Below the pieces are notes generated by a model that was not told the origin of the DNA, did not search any database, and was given only the letters and a program-made list of their open reading frames with translations. The position numbers were made by a program, and so were the translations under genes. A stretch of DNA of 64,000 bases from a virus, in the IMG/VR virus record IMGVR_UViG_3300017917_000693, positions 7,143-71,142 of that record, one strand, 5' to 3'. Positions 28,378 through 40,900 of the stretch are shown here, piece by piece (position 1 is the first letter of the stretch; each line of letters starts with the position of its first letter).

Positions 28378-29346
28378 CTATAATCCTGTAATGGTTGGCG
28401 TACCCCAAGTATTGGTTAAGTTTGTTGTTTCCGGAGGGGTAATGATTATGTCTGAATTGATTGTCATGTTAATAGCATCAAGTGTATTTGACACTGGCGG
28501 AACACCAAGGTCTTGTGTGTCATCTGCGGCGCCGTCGACATAATCGATTGTGAATAAAATCTGGGCTCCTAGACCACCATTTGAGCCGGTGGCGCCAGTA
28601 ACTCTTACTGCGATATTAACATAGTTACCTGTGTAGTTAGTACCAGTACTGGTAAGTCTGATTATTGTTTGATTAGTAGTAGTTATATCCCAGAAACCAA
28701 TACCAAGACCGTTAGTAGTTAGTGTACCACCTGTACCCGTACGTGTACTAGTAAGAGCATCAAAGTGTAAGGTTCCTAAATTTGTACCTAGTAGTGTGGT
28801 CCAATCACTTTCTTTGTTGTTATTAGTGCCATTGGTAGTACTAAATGCAATAGAAATACGTCCGCCGGCATTAAAGAAATAACGTGCTTGATCCGCTGAT
28901 CCAAACTCAATAGTACGAGTCTGTTGGAATGTGGTTGGAGTAGCACTATCCCATACACTGTTTAAGTTAGTTGTACTTGGTGTACCACGTGTGTTGTTAA
29001 AGTTTAAACGGTTGTTATAAGCTGTGGTAATGTTTGTGCTTAACAACACAGAGGCAGCGATGGTAGCACCGGCTGTTGGGCTAGTAATACCACTACCCGA
29101 ACCTGCTTGGTGTGTTAGTATACTGTTCAAACGAGCAATCATTGTTGACCACTGTGTAGCTGTTACTGTGTCACCGGCATTAACTGCGCTAAGTACTGTA
29201 CTTTGACCGTATCCTTTGTCACCATTGCCTACGCCCCACACACTGTTAATGTTAGCCACAGCATGGTTAGCTGTACCGTCTGCATTACCAGTTGCAAAAG
29301 TGTTATAGTGATCTCTTAGTATTAAGTCACCAGATGTATATGCCAT
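28378..29346 (-). CDS. virion structural protein (tail-fibre/baseplate associated)
   Basis: T/G/N-rich; GYGQ...VTATQW and ARYFFNAGG motifs; last gene of the structural cluster. Confidence 0.7.
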   Translation of the reverse strand: MAYTSGDLILRDHYNTFATGNADGTANHAVANINSVWGVGNGDKGYGQSTVLSAVNAGDTVTATQWSTMIARLNSILTHQAGSGSGITSPTAGATIAASVLLSTNITTAYNNRLNFNNTRGTPSTTNLNSVWDSATPTTFQQTRTIEFGSADQARYFFNAGGRISIAFSTTNGTNNNKESDWTTLLGTNLGTLHFDALTSTRTGTGGTLTTNGLGIGFWDITTTNQTIIRLTSTGTNYTGNYVNIAVRVTGATGSNGGLGAQILFTIDYVDGAADDTQDLGVPPVSNTLDAINMTINSDIIITPPETTNLTNTWGTPTITGL

Positions 29347-29355
29347 GTTATATCC

Positions 29356-31116
29356 TTAACTGTTCAATTTGACGATTGCTTCTACTAGACCTTCGTCGTC
29401 TGTGGTTTTGTTTTCAAGTGCGCGACCAAGAACGTTAAATGCTGTAATTTCATCTCTTGAGGCTGCACGTGCCAGACCGTTTCCAGCACTTACTAGGCGA
29501 TCACCTTTGCGACATTTACCAACAACGCGAACCGGAACTCGTCCATTTACTGCCACTGGTGGGTGTGTGCGATCATCGCCGGCTGTGCCGTTTAATAGGA
29601 AGCCCGGTAATGTACTTATCACGCCAAATACGCTCTCACTTAATTCTCGAACCGCACGTGTAATTTCTTTCAATCCGCCAATCTCAACTACAGTACCTGG
29701 CTCATAGTATTCGTCGGCTTCAAAGCGTTCTGCCAAGTCAGCGTATTGTGCTGATGTTGCTTTAGCAAATATCGTATTGAAACCATTGCCTAAACTACCA
29801 ATGTTACCTACACCTGCTGTACCACCGTTGGCAATAGCAGTAGCACCATTGGAGCTATTAACTGTAATTGAACCTGTGTATACACCTGTAGTACCAGTGT
29901 ATGCACCACCTGTAAATGTTGAACCTACATAGGTACCTGCAAATATGGTGTTAAATCTGTTGTCTGTTTGACCAATGTTGCCTACTAATGTTGTACCTGT
30001 TTTAGTAATACCTGGTACCACAGCATTAGTAGTTGAGCTTACGTTACCTACAATGCTGGCTGCATAGATAGTGTTCCAGTATCTAGTAGTGCTACCTAAA
30101 TTAATTGTAGCATTGCCGCTAGGTACTAGTGCTGTGCTTATCTGCGCACTGGTCATATTCGTCCAACCAGTTACATTTAAGTTACCAGTTACAGACCCAA
30201 CACCAGACACACTTAATGCACCGTCAACAGTTACAGCACCTGTGGTACCGTTAATATTGATTGCACGTGTATCAACACCACCTTTGTTTATATTAAAGTT
30301 AATGTCTGCATTATTGACTGCGCCAAAGAATCTTACAGCACCACTGGATACGCCAATGTTAAGGTTATTACTTGCACCAACTGTGAATCCTGTGTTGTTT
30401 AGTACACCAAATGTTTGGCTAGTTGTTTGAGCAATATCACTGCGCAAGAATTGACCAGCTGTTAATAGACTAGATCCAGAAATTAGAGTCTCTGCGGCAG
30501 TTGCGTTACCAGAGAACACTGCACCAGCTACTACGCTTGGGCTGGCAAGATTTACACCCGGTCTAATTGTTGGAAAGCCTGCTATAGCAGGACTTGGAGT
30601 AAATGTAGCATCTTTGCTGATAATTGCTACTGTAGCATTGGCTACGTAGAAACGAACAATAACATGACTGCTTGAGCCATCGCTTATGGTTTCAACTGCT
30701 GGGCCCGATGTGCCAGTACCAGTTGTAGTCAATGGGCCAATAAGAACCCAACTACTACCACTGTAAACTCTTAGCTGTCCGTTGGTAGTATCCCACCATA
30801 GGTCGCCTGTGATTGCACCAGTTGGTGCAGTTGATGATGATGTTGAAGTACCTACTGGTTTCCAACTACCACCACTTGTGTATACTTTTAAAATTGTGTT
30901 TGCACTGTCGTACCATAACTGACCAGCAATAGCTTTGTCGGGTGCAGTACTGTTAGCAAAATTTTCTAGCAACTTAACATAGTTTTCATTTAAAAACACA
31001 CCGTAGCCGGCGTAGTTTTTACCAATTAATGTTAAGTTAGTAGCACTTTGGTTAACTGTGCCGTCCTGAACGGTTGCTACTAGCGAACCGGCGGTGTTAA
31101 TAATGTTATATGCCAT
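29356..31116 (-). CDS. tail fibre with C-terminal autocleaving intramolecular chaperone (Peptidase G2/IMC-like)
   Basis: N-terminal LIGKNY.GYG...LLENFA..GQLWYD; C-terminal AQYADLAE...GTVV...GVIS..P...VA..GRVPV.V.G...GD.LV. Confidence 0.8.
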   Translation of the reverse strand: MAYNIINTAGSLVATVQDGTVNQSATNLTLIGKNYAGYGVFLNENYVKLLENFANSTAPDKAIAGQLWYDSANTILKVYTSGGSWKPVGTSTSSSTAPTGAITGDLWWDTTNGQLRVYSGSSWVLIGPLTTTGTGTSGPAVETISDGSSSHVIVRFYVANATVAIISKDATFTPSPAIAGFPTIRPGVNLASPSVVAGAVFSGNATAAETLISGSSLLTAGQFLRSDIAQTTSQTFGVLNNTGFTVGASNNLNIGVSSGAVRFFGAVNNADINFNINKGGVDTRAININGTTGAVTVDGALSVSGVGSVTGNLNVTGWTNMTSAQISTALVPSGNATINLGSTTRYWNTIYAASIVGNVSSTTNAVVPGITKTGTTLVGNIGQTDNRFNTIFAGTYVGSTFTGGAYTGTTGVYTGSITVNSSNGATAIANGGTAGVGNIGSLGNGFNTIFAKATSAQYADLAERFEADEYYEPGTVVEIGGLKEITRAVRELSESVFGVISTLPGFLLNGTAGDDRTHPPVAVNGRVPVRVVGKCRKGDRLVSAGNGLARAASRDEITAFNVLGRALENKTTDDEGLVEAIVKLNS

Positions 31117-31154
31117 ATTTCTTACCTATTATATACTTTTATTTATCTTAAATC

Positions 31155-32543
31155 CTACACTGTTCCGGTGCTTGGTGTTGATGAGTACTGGAACCAGAAA
31201 TCACCATTACGTGATCCTGCATCATTTACACCTGCCTGTGGTGCGTCAACACTGACAAATTTAGCACTACCTCCCCACCACTGGGTAGCATTTTTTACAA
31301 ATTGTGTTGTTGCAACTCGAGCATTGCCGGTACCATTATAGGTGTCTGGTTGTGTTATTGCAGTTGCACCTGCAAACAGATTAAAACCAGACGCACTAGC
31401 GGTAGCTACTTCAATTCCGTCAACAACTACAGATATTGATCCGGTACCTGTGTCAATAACTTCAACATAGCTATTGCCTTGATAAATCTTATTTTTCTTA
31501 AGACCTGATAGCCCGCTGGTTACAAATTCAGTTGTAGCCAACATATTATTGCTGGTTTCTTCGGGCGCTGTAGGAGCTACTGGGACGCCAGTCAATACAG
31601 TATTGTTAAATTTGCCATCAACATATTGTTTAGTGGCAACACCCAAACTAGTCATCGGGTCTGCGTTAGCTACTACTTCGCCACCACTGTCGATAGTTAA
31701 TGCAAGGGTATCTGTGCCACTGTTATTAACATAAAATTCAATTGAACCACCTGAGGTTTGATTTCTAATTTCAGCAATATTATCTGAAACAGACAATGTC
31801 AGGTCGTTGCTTACGCCAACAGTAATACCAGTGTCATTGACTATTGTTAGGTTACCTGTGCCTGTGTTATTTTGATTGTTGCGCCAGAAGTTTGCCGCTG
31901 GTTGGCCACCTAAGAAACTAGCATTATTTGCAGTTCCGTTGAATGTACCGCTAGAGTACATTGTATAGCCCGGGGCGATTGTTGTAAATCCGCTGACTCC
32001 GGCGGCTATAAATGTAGCATCTGTGCTAACAATACCTGTTCGTACCCCGTCTAGGTAGATAGATAGTACGTTATGAAGACCGCCGCCGGTGTCAGATATT
32101 CTTTCCCATATAGCACCACTTTTGCCATTAATTTTGCTGTAGCCTGGGCCAACTAAAATCCAACCAGCAACATTATAAGGTGTTGTTCCGTTATAAACAT
32201 ATAACTGTTCATCGTCTGTGTCCCACCAAATATCACCGGCAATAGTTGTTGTTGGTGCACTCGGTGCTGCTGTAGCACTGCTGATAATTTTAAAATATGT
32301 ACCTGTGTAAACTTTTAATAGGTTGTTACCTGTGTCCCACCAAAGCTGACCTGCTATTGGATTACTAGGTGCTATGCTGTATGCAAAGTTTTCTAATAGG
32401 GCAACAAGATTATCAACCATTAGTTGGCCATAATTGCTATAGTTGCGTCCAATTAGTGTTAAACTAGTTTTTGACGTGTCAACTGTACCGTCTAGTATTG
32501 TACCTAACGTTGATCCATCTGTTTTTCTTATGATATACGACAT
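31155..32543 (-). CDS. tail fibre protein, paralog of 29356..31116
   Basis: Shares the N-terminal ~250 aa (LIGRNY.NYG, LLENFA, GQLWWD, GDIWWD). Has ATKQYVD, ATTEFV and ATTQFV fibre motifs. Confidence 0.8.
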   Translation of the reverse strand: MSYIIRKTDGSTLGTILDGTVDTSKTSLTLIGRNYSNYGQLMVDNLVALLENFAYSIAPSNPIAGQLWWDTGNNLLKVYTGTYFKIISSATAAPSAPTTTIAGDIWWDTDDEQLYVYNGTTPYNVAGWILVGPGYSKINGKSGAIWERISDTGGGLHNVLSIYLDGVRTGIVSTDATFIAAGVSGFTTIAPGYTMYSSGTFNGTANNASFLGGQPAANFWRNNQNNTGTGNLTIVNDTGITVGVSNDLTLSVSDNIAEIRNQTSGGSIEFYVNNSGTDTLALTIDSGGEVVANADPMTSLGVATKQYVDGKFNNTVLTGVPVAPTAPEETSNNMLATTEFVTSGLSGLKKNKIYQGNSYVEVIDTGTGSISVVVDGIEVATASASGFNLFAGATAITQPDTYNGTGNARVATTQFVKNATQWWGGSAKFVSVDAPQAGVNDAGSRNGDFWFQYSSTPSTGTV

Positions 32544-32562
32544 GTTTTTATCCTAGTTATGC

Positions 32563-33222
32563 TTATATAGTACTCAGGTTAGTTAGTGTTTGAATACGCA
32601 CTGTATAATCAATTTGTATCAAACGGTTTAGTGATTTTTGTACTGGACTAAAAATCACATGAGTTAGTAGTGGGCCTGTGCCTTCGCCGGCACTGCTCCA
32701 ACCTTTTAGGCCAAGTTCATCAAACACAAACTGGCCATTTAAATCTTGGCTGTTATCAAAAACTGCCTGCCCACTGGGCTCACCATAGTCTAACAAACAA
32801 CTTACAACAATATCACTGTAGATCTGTCCTGGAATATGAGTAGGAACAATTTTATTTCGAGTTGGGTCGCTGTTAGCAGCATTAGTATCGTCTACAATTT
32901 TATAGTACTGCGGACTGTATAAGTCGGCATTCTGTACATTAGTATTAGTAGGCAAATATGTAATAACCCCTGTAGGGTCAACTGTAGTACCACCGTTGCC
33001 AAAGTGCATTTCTGTAATAAAGTTAGTGCTTTTGTTAGCTAAACTAAAGGCAATAGCTTCACTCATGTTTTCATAGTGAATCGCGTTGCGTTTATCCACA
33101 AATACTTCCTGAGTTTCAGGGTCAAAAATCTTAATATGCCCTTGAATGTGGATGCTACCACGCTCATCGGGCTGTTTAAAATTTGGTTGTTGTACCGTTG
33201 ACTGTTGCATTTTTTTGTCCAT
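32563..33222 (-). CDS. virion structural (baseplate-associated) protein
   Basis: NAIHYEN, FGNGG, FVFDELGL and LLTHVIF.PV.KS.NR motifs. Start set at ATG 33222, 5 nt after TAAATA. Confidence 0.7.
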   Translation of the reverse strand: MDKKMQQSTVQQPNFKQPDERGSIHIQGHIKIFDPETQEVFVDKRNAIHYENMSEAIAFSLANKSTNFITEMHFGNGGTTVDPTGVITYLPTNTNVQNADLYSPQYYKIVDDTNAANSDPTRNKIVPTHIPGQIYSDIVVSCLLDYGEPSGQAVFDNSQDLNGQFVFDELGLKGWSSAGEGTGPLLTHVIFSPVQKSLNRLIQIDYTVRIQTLTNLSTI

Positions 33223-33257
33223 ACTCTTATTTATTTCGTTGTTGATCATGGGTCATC

Positions 33258-34961
33258 CTACGGATTTTCAATGTTGTAAATTCTTTCGGCTAATTGATTA
33301 ATTGCATCTTCAATTGAATAAACCGGGGTAGTCCAATGAGTTGCATTTGCCATGGTAAATGATACACTACCATTTACATATCCATTAGACGGCAATGAAA
33401 GATTTCCATCTTCTGTGAACTGCCACGTGTGAGTAACTGCGGTGTTTGCATTATGTATGGTTACATTTGCAAAAGTTTCAGTAATTTCAACTGTGTTAAA
33501 TATTGAAATGTTTCCGCTAACAGAACTAATAGCAGCAGCACCGTTGCTAGGGGCTAGCAAAACTGCTGCATTTCCAGCTAAGGCTGTTATACCATTTAAG
33601 ACACCGCCAAACGGCAACTCAATTCCTGCGGCTACGGATAATCCACCAGATGTAAATATTCTGTCGCCATTGCTGGTTAGATTAGCATCATTGATATATA
33701 GTGTATTTTGTATGTAAGCATCATTCCATCTAAAATTGGTTGATCCTAAATTGTAAACAATATTAGCACCAGGTATTACGTTTGCTAGTGCTGTAGTGCC
33801 GTTGACAATATTAGCTACGTTAGCGTTAACTAGAGTAATACTTCCATCAATTGATGTAATGTTACCTTCTAAGGTTGTAATATTGCCTTCTAAGGTTGTA
33901 ATGTTACCTTCTAAGGTTGTAATATTGCCTTCTAGTGTAGTGATATTACCTTCTAGTGTAGTAATGTTGCCTTCGATAGTTGTAACATTGGCTGTTAAAT
34001 TTGCCAAGTCTGAAGTAATAGCTGTTACATTTGCCTCTATATTTGCTATAGGGGACAGATCAATATTTGCTAAATCGCTTTGTACATTTGCTAAGTCACT
34101 TTGTAAATTAGCAACGTTGGCTGTAGCATTGGTAATTTCATCTATGTACGCTTGGCTAAATGCGGTATCTTGTTGTGAGTCATCTGGCCAAACTATTGCG
34201 CCGCCTTGAGCATACAACCATGTAAATGGAGGATCGCCATAGTTAAATCCAGCTACATTAATTTGTGCCGAAATGTTACTAACAATAACGCTAGAAGTTA
34301 CGTCAGCATTAGCATCAATAGCATTTAACCCAACAATACCATCATTTGGACTGTTTAGTGCTAATCCGTAAGTACCAGGTTGGCCAACTACTTCGGTTTC
34401 ATCAATGTAACTGCCTTGGCTAAATGTGATTTGTGTGTCGGCGACACTTAAGGTATTCGCTGTAATATCAGCGGCAATTGGTAACGTAGTTTGAATATTA
34501 CCACTGACAACACTAATTTCAGCACCACCTAAATAAATTGTACTACCGCTTAGATACAGATCTTTCCATTGTGCAGATGAGCTACCTAAACTATAAGTTA
34601 CATTAGCCCCAGGTACTAAATTGCCAAATGTAGCAGTACCATTGGTTACATTAGAAATTAAATTATATTGTACTGCAACGTTTGCTTCGATTGTTGCTAC
34701 ATTACTTTGTAGATTTGCAACATTACTCTGTAGTGTAGATACATTAGATTGTAGTGAGGAAATATTAGAATCTTGTGAGCCGGCGTTAGCTGTTAGGTTA
34801 GCTACATCTGTAGCCAAAGTACCTATAATATAGGTCTTTACTTGATCTACATTGCCTTGTAGTGTAGTCAATGTTCCTGAAACATTGGCCACTAATGGCA
34901 AAATAACGTTGCCAGTTATTGTGGTTGCGTTTCCAAGTTGACTAATCTTAATTGTTGCCAT
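33258..34961 (-). CDS. fibre protein with heptad coiled-coil segments
   Basis: N-terminal KISQL; heptads (LQSNVxx, LEGNITT); two Y.LGS...W.D.Y motifs. Confidence 0.75.
   Translation of the reverse strand: MATIKISQLGNATTITGNVILPLVANVSGTLTTLQGNVDQVKTYIIGTLATDVANLTANAGSQDSNISSLQSNVSTLQSNVANLQSNVATIEANVAVQYNLISNVTNGTATFGNLVPGANVTYSLGSSSAQWKDLYLSGSTIYLGGAEISVVSGNIQTTLPIAADITANTLSVADTQITFSQGSYIDETEVVGQPGTYGLALNSPNDGIVGLNAIDANADVTSSVIVSNISAQINVAGFNYGDPPFTWLYAQGGAIVWPDDSQQDTAFSQAYIDEITNATANVANLQSDLANVQSDLANIDLSPIANIEANVTAITSDLANLTANVTTIEGNITTLEGNITTLEGNITTLEGNITTLEGNITTLEGNITSIDGSITLVNANVANIVNGTTALANVIPGANIVYNLGSTNFRWNDAYIQNTLYINDANLTSNGDRIFTSGGLSVAAGIELPFGGVLNGITALAGNAAVLLAPSNGAAAISSVSGNISIFNTVEITETFANVTIHNANTAVTHTWQFTEDGNLSLPSNGYVNGSVSFTMANATHWTTPVYSIEDAINQLAERIYNIENP
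33856..33981. repeat. tandem 21-bp repeat (six units) encoding (L/I)EGNIT(T/S) heptads
   Basis: Variants of GTAATGTTACCTTCTAAGGTT start at 33856, 33877, 33898, 33919, 33940 and 33961. Confidence 0.9.
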
Positions 34962-34963
34962 TT

Positions 34964-37900
34964 TTATTCCTCAATGATAATATCGCCGTCTTCGGTTGTT
35001 AGTATATTTACCGCGTTCTCGGTGATGATACCTACAGTATAGGTTGCTGGTTCTTCTTTTAAGAATAGTATCTGCGGAGATACCGTATCACGTTCATATA
35101 TACCTGCGCTGACATTGGCGCTGACATTACTCCATACATTCGCTGTTACTAAAATGTTACCTGAACCAATGGTAGCGTTACCCACGGTATCAATATCGTA
35201 TCCAATAAATTTATTCATTAGCGGATAAACATTACCAGTGTAAGTTCCGTTGATAGCAATATTGCTAGTTAATACCGGATCAACTGTTGAAACTGCTGGA
35301 ACTACATTGGCGTCTACACCATTAACAAACACATTACCTGATGTATCTAATAGATCAACGGTGGTGTAGGCTACGATTATATTTGCATCGCCCGAATTGG
35401 TTACCATCACCAGCAGATTAGCATCTGTACTTTCTTGCGTAATGTAATCACCAACATTAGCTGAAATATTGCCACTCATTGTGATGATAACATTACTGTA
35501 ATCAAATTGATTAGCGTTGTTATAATTAATCCATACTAGGTCGGTTGTGCGATCACGACCAACTACTGTAGCATTTGCACCACTGGTTGACTGTGTGATG
35601 TAATCGCCAACATTAGCAGTGATTTCACTGGACAATCTTAGCTGGTATGGTGGCGTAGTAGTTACTGTAAATTCTGTGTTAGCACTAATAGTTACGTTAC
35701 CAACTACAGTACCTGGAATTTCTTGTAACAGGCTAGCATCGTAGACCAATGTACCTGCAGCGTGTACGTCAGGTGCTCCTGTACTCTGTGTACCACGACG
35801 TATCTGTTTTAGGGTGTTAGTATCTAGATCATTGATCCAGTATGTAATACGCTCGCCACCAATGAATACTACTCCAGGAATTTGATTATCAATACTTGGA
35901 ACAGCTAGTCTGCTTGAATCCACTACAGCAATTTCAGTATCAGACAGTGTCAAGTCCTGGGCTAGTGTTGTGGTGTATCTATCAGCAATACGTAGATAAC
36001 TAGTCTCATTAACAATTTCATCAAAGAAATAATAGCTACGGTTGAATATTCTGTAACCAAGCACGTCAACGTTACCATTAACTTTTGTATAAACCTGCAT
36101 ATTAAGTGTTTCGTACATAATACCAGGTATTAATTCTTCAGGAGCATGACTACTATAACGATCTACATAGGCACCGCCAACAATATTAATGTCCTCAGGG
36201 CGGATTCCTAGGTTAACATCTGTGTAGGTACTTTGAATAACAGCATCGTAACTGCTGTCGCTCATGACTGGAAGTCCAGCTTCGTCGTAGGCCACCGGAT
36301 CAAACACAGATGAATCGTATGGACTAAACTCTGTAGAGCTAATTAGTTCGTAAACAGTTGGATAGCTGTTTGCCCAGCTGCCATCAATTTTAACGTTACC
36401 GCTGCCTAGCGTAAAGTCTTCTGAACTGACTATAGCTCCAGAAACTTTAGTATTGCTCCAAACACGAGTAACTGTAACATTTGCTCCTACGGTTGTTTCA
36501 GCACCAACAGCACTAACATTTCCTGTGCCATAGGCTATGTTAGATCCATTGACCTGAATAGTATATTGATCATCTAGTAGAACGTTTGCTTCAGTGTCTG
36601 TGACAAATGGAATGCCATTATTACTGATGGCTAACACTTGATAGCTGTCCGTGACACTGGCATAAACAGTTGCGTTAGCGCCATTGGCAAATGGTTGAGT
36701 AATAAAGTTTCCAGCTGCGGCAGTAATTTCTCCGTCAAATGATAGTATTGTATCATAAGGCAATGGTTGTACAATACTGCTGCCCACCGATACATTTACA
36801 TTTGAACTAAATGTTATGTTTGCCTGTGTAACACCAGAGAAGCCCGGTGATTGTTCAAATCCTAGACCTAAAACATTTACACCTGGATATTCTACACCTT
36901 TGATTAACTGTTTCAAATCTCGCGGAGTCATACGAGTTGTTGGCTGGTAGTAGGACATGATGCGATCGTTGGCATTCTTAATGTTAGCCGCTGGATAAAC
37001 ATCATAGTCAGTGGCAACAAACTTAGTACCCGATGTAGCATTAGATTTAATTGTGTAGGCTATACCATTATAGGTGATTACATCACCAGCAATGACATAA
37101 CCGTTGTCATCAAACACTGTTTGAACATAAGCTGTGTTGGCTGTCCAATCTTTAACAGCACTAGTATAGTTAACACGGTCAAACTTCATTGATGTGTTAA
37201 TACTACGAACTTGTTCGTTTTTCAATCTAGCATAAGCTGTAGCGCCTACGCCGTTGCCGTTAATTACTACAATAGGAGTTAAGGTATAACCACTGCCTGG
37301 ATTGTCTACTACAATCTCCGTTACCGATCCAGTGTCACCGTCGATGATAGCGTGTGCTCTGGCACCAGAACCATCACCGTAGATTTCAACTACTGGAATT
37401 TCAGTGTATCCACTACCTGGATTTTCAACAGTAATAGCCGCAATAGAATGTTTTCTATTTTGATACCACTGATTGTATGGATCTGTTTGCCATAACTGTT
37501 CGTCTTTTTCAACAAAACCAAAGTCGCCACTTGGACTACGGAAAATTCTTACATCAGTGTCGTAATATGCTGGCAGGTCGAAGTCAGTTACACTACCCTC
37601 AAAAGTATCATTACCGTTGTAGTTAATTAAGTATTCACGTATTTTAACTGCATATGGTTTAACTTCTTCAATATAGCTTTGGTAGTATGTTTGGTTATCT
37701 TTAATGTAGTTTGGTGGTTGAATTAAACCACGTAGTTGATGCACTACACTAATGAAACTTGTCTTAAAGATCCAGTCGACATATTTCTGCTCACTGAAAA
37801 TATAGTTTACCAGACTAAAGAATAAATTGTTAAACTGTCCTTCTAGTTCACCGGTAAAGATGTCTTCTATTAGGCCATTAATAATGTAGCGTATTTCTTC

Positions 37901-40900
37901 GCTAGGAACATCAACAGTGTTGGTCAATTTATTGGCGTTCAGTTGAACGGTACCATTTTGACGACCAATGGTAAAGAATTCTCTGTTGTCATTAACTAAT
38001 ACTAGTTCCCATAGACCGGCACCAGCGTTGTTAATTTTAATAATATCGCCAGGTGCGTACGGAAGTTTTAACGCATCCACTAGTGTGTCAACAGCATAGG
38101 TTGCCTTGACACTGCTGTTATATCCTGTGTAGTACCAGTCTACGTAATCCCAGAACAAACTAGTTTTGTAGCTTTGTGTTTGTATAATGTTCCAAGTTCT
38201 GTCGGCAGTTAACTCATGTAAGGTCCAACGACCTTCTAATGTAGTATTTGTCAAGACCAGTACACGATAACCTGTTGGATCATTTAAGAATACGCCATCT
38301 TTATCGTACAAGTTATAAGTGTCAATAAACTGTAACAGATCCTCAGTGTCAACTGCTTCATTATATTCATCTAATTTAATATTAGGTTTAGCTTCTTCGG
38401 CTAAGAAGTTTGTTAAATTAAATTGAACACTTATTGGATACTGTTCAAATAAATTATTGGTAAATTCAATTAGCACATTCAGAGCTGCAATACGATCCAC
38501 AAACATGCTTTGTCTTGGTCTAATCTCAATACCGTAACGATCTGCTACACTAAGATTTAAATCGGGTACAGTGTTTCCTGCAGAATCTTTTGTGCTTAGA
38601 CTGTCTATTAATTTATTAACAATACGTTCAGGTACACGACTATCGGCGTTATTTTTTTGTATTAATTCGTACTCACTGTGAATAATACTATCATTGCGTA
38701 TTAACTCATAGTCAATGTGTAGAATGGTATTATCGGCGCTTAGATAGTCACTGATGTTATAGACGATCACAGAGTTTTCTGCAATAATCGCCGCATAAGG
38801 AGTACCGTTGCCCTTAGGGTTTTCAATTAATGTTGTAATTACAGTTAAAGGTAATTTTCTATTAGGTAAATTTTCATCTAAGTTTGGTTTATTAATTACC
38901 CAGAAATAGTATTTGTTTCCAATGATGTTAGTAACTGGATCTACATTTATTATTTCTACGTAGGCACTGTTATTTGCATACTTAGGTACACCTTGTCCTG
39001 GATATGTTTCAACATACAAGGACGGTAATACGTCACTTTCAACCCACTCACATACTTCAACAGTTGATCCCGGGAATAGACGACCCCAGTTAAGACTGCG
39101 ATAGATTAACGAATCTTGCTCGTAGTCAATAAAGCGAATTGCATCAAGGTTCCACCAAACTTCGCCTACCTGCGCAGGGCCCCAGAATACATCTCTCTGT
39201 ATTGTTTCAACTGTGTCACTGCCACGATTGTAAACCGCAGGATCGTAGGCAGTTTTATATTTGATTTCTTGTTCAGCTTGTCCTAAAATCTTACCCTTGG
39301 CTGGGTCAATAAATTCTAAGTTACTTAAAATTGTATTTGTATTATTATTGTACAGATAGATTCGGTTCACGCTGTCAACATCGACTGTAGGTTGTTGATA
39401 ACGAATTAAGTTCCAACCACGACCACCAGTCTGGTTATTGAATACATAAACGCTACCAGTGTCTGTACCACTAGTGTCGTCGGCAGTAGATGTAACTACT
39501 AAAAAGTCTCCAATGATATCAATAGCAGCACCATATCTATCGCGAGGATTTAAGTCACCTGGGTCAATCTGTTGACAGAATGCGTAACGTCCTGGGTGTT
39601 CAACTTCATCTCTAGGATCATCATACAGTTCGTACGTATAGACACTACCGCTGCCAGGAATGCTATCAAATATTCCAGTGGTACGAGTGTCAAAGAATGT
39701 TACATCACCGTCAAAGGTAGTGTAACGTCTTGTTGTACCGCGTTCACTGGATATTAACAACATATAGGCGTTACGTGCCAGAATAACCTTGGTACCAAAG
39801 TATTCGCCAGGATTGCCATATGGATTAATAATAATCTGCATGAATGCAAATACTGCCATTTCAGCATCAGCATAAACGTTGTTACCGTTTACGTTACCAT
39901 CTGTGTTTGTACCAGTTAAAGTACGTAACAAGTTTTTAGCAACTGTTTTGTCTGTGGTTAAGCGCAAGAACCCGTTGAGGTTAACAGCACTAATACCTAA
40001 TAGGTTAGCATCATTAACTGTGCCAACAAATTCGTCGAGTGTAGTAACTCTTGGAACTACTCCAGCATTAACACCGTTAACAGAGATGTTGCCAGACCCA
40101 ATGGTAAACAAGTTTGCTGTATTTGCATAGGCACTGATGTTAATATAGGAGCCCTCTGGTGCTACAGAGAAGTAATAAGTATCACCGGTGTAGAAAGGAC
40201 TAGCCACTGTGGAATCAGTTTCAATAGTAATGATGTCACCATTGACTGCAATATCTGTAACTCGTGTTCCAGTTACAATGTTATTACCAGTTACATACCA
40301 TCCGACCTGAACGTTATTGATATCAGTATTAAATGATACAGTAGTTGTAAAGTTTGCCGAACTAGGTATAGACACATTGCCTGTATCGTGTACTGATCCT
40401 GTGCTGTTTACTCCTGTTACTCGTACATTAGCACCTGTGCTAGGCTGAGTAATATAGTCGCCTTCTTTGACAATGACATGTCCATTAACCGCAAGACCTA
40501 CACGAACTTCAAAGTTGTCTAGACGAATTGTATCGCCTGGTGTAAATGTAGGATCTTTCTTAAAGCCAGTATTGATACCGTACAAGCGTCCCTTGTGGTG
40601 GAACTTCCATACCGCACCAGTGTTGTATATAGTGCCGTTGTCGTAGAATGGCGCACCTACGTAGAACGCACAGTTATTTGAACAGATAGTAAATGCTGTA
40701 CCAAATCTTGTGTTAAACTGAATAGCGTCCAGACCACCTTCCAAGCTGTCAATACCAATTAGTTTTTCAAGCAAGGTAAACTTATTAGTTTCAATATTAA
40801 CAACTTTACCAATGCCCAGCGGAACATTTAATGTTAAAGTTTTGGTTCCTGTTGTAGTTGAGAATTCTGTTGGCGGTAATTCTAAGCCATCGACTGTAAC

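Noticed and set aside
33856-33981. CRISPR array or DGR-like repeat
   Set aside because: The units are contiguous, in frame and spacer-free, and they encode coiled-coil heptads. No cas gene or reverse transcriptase is in the window.
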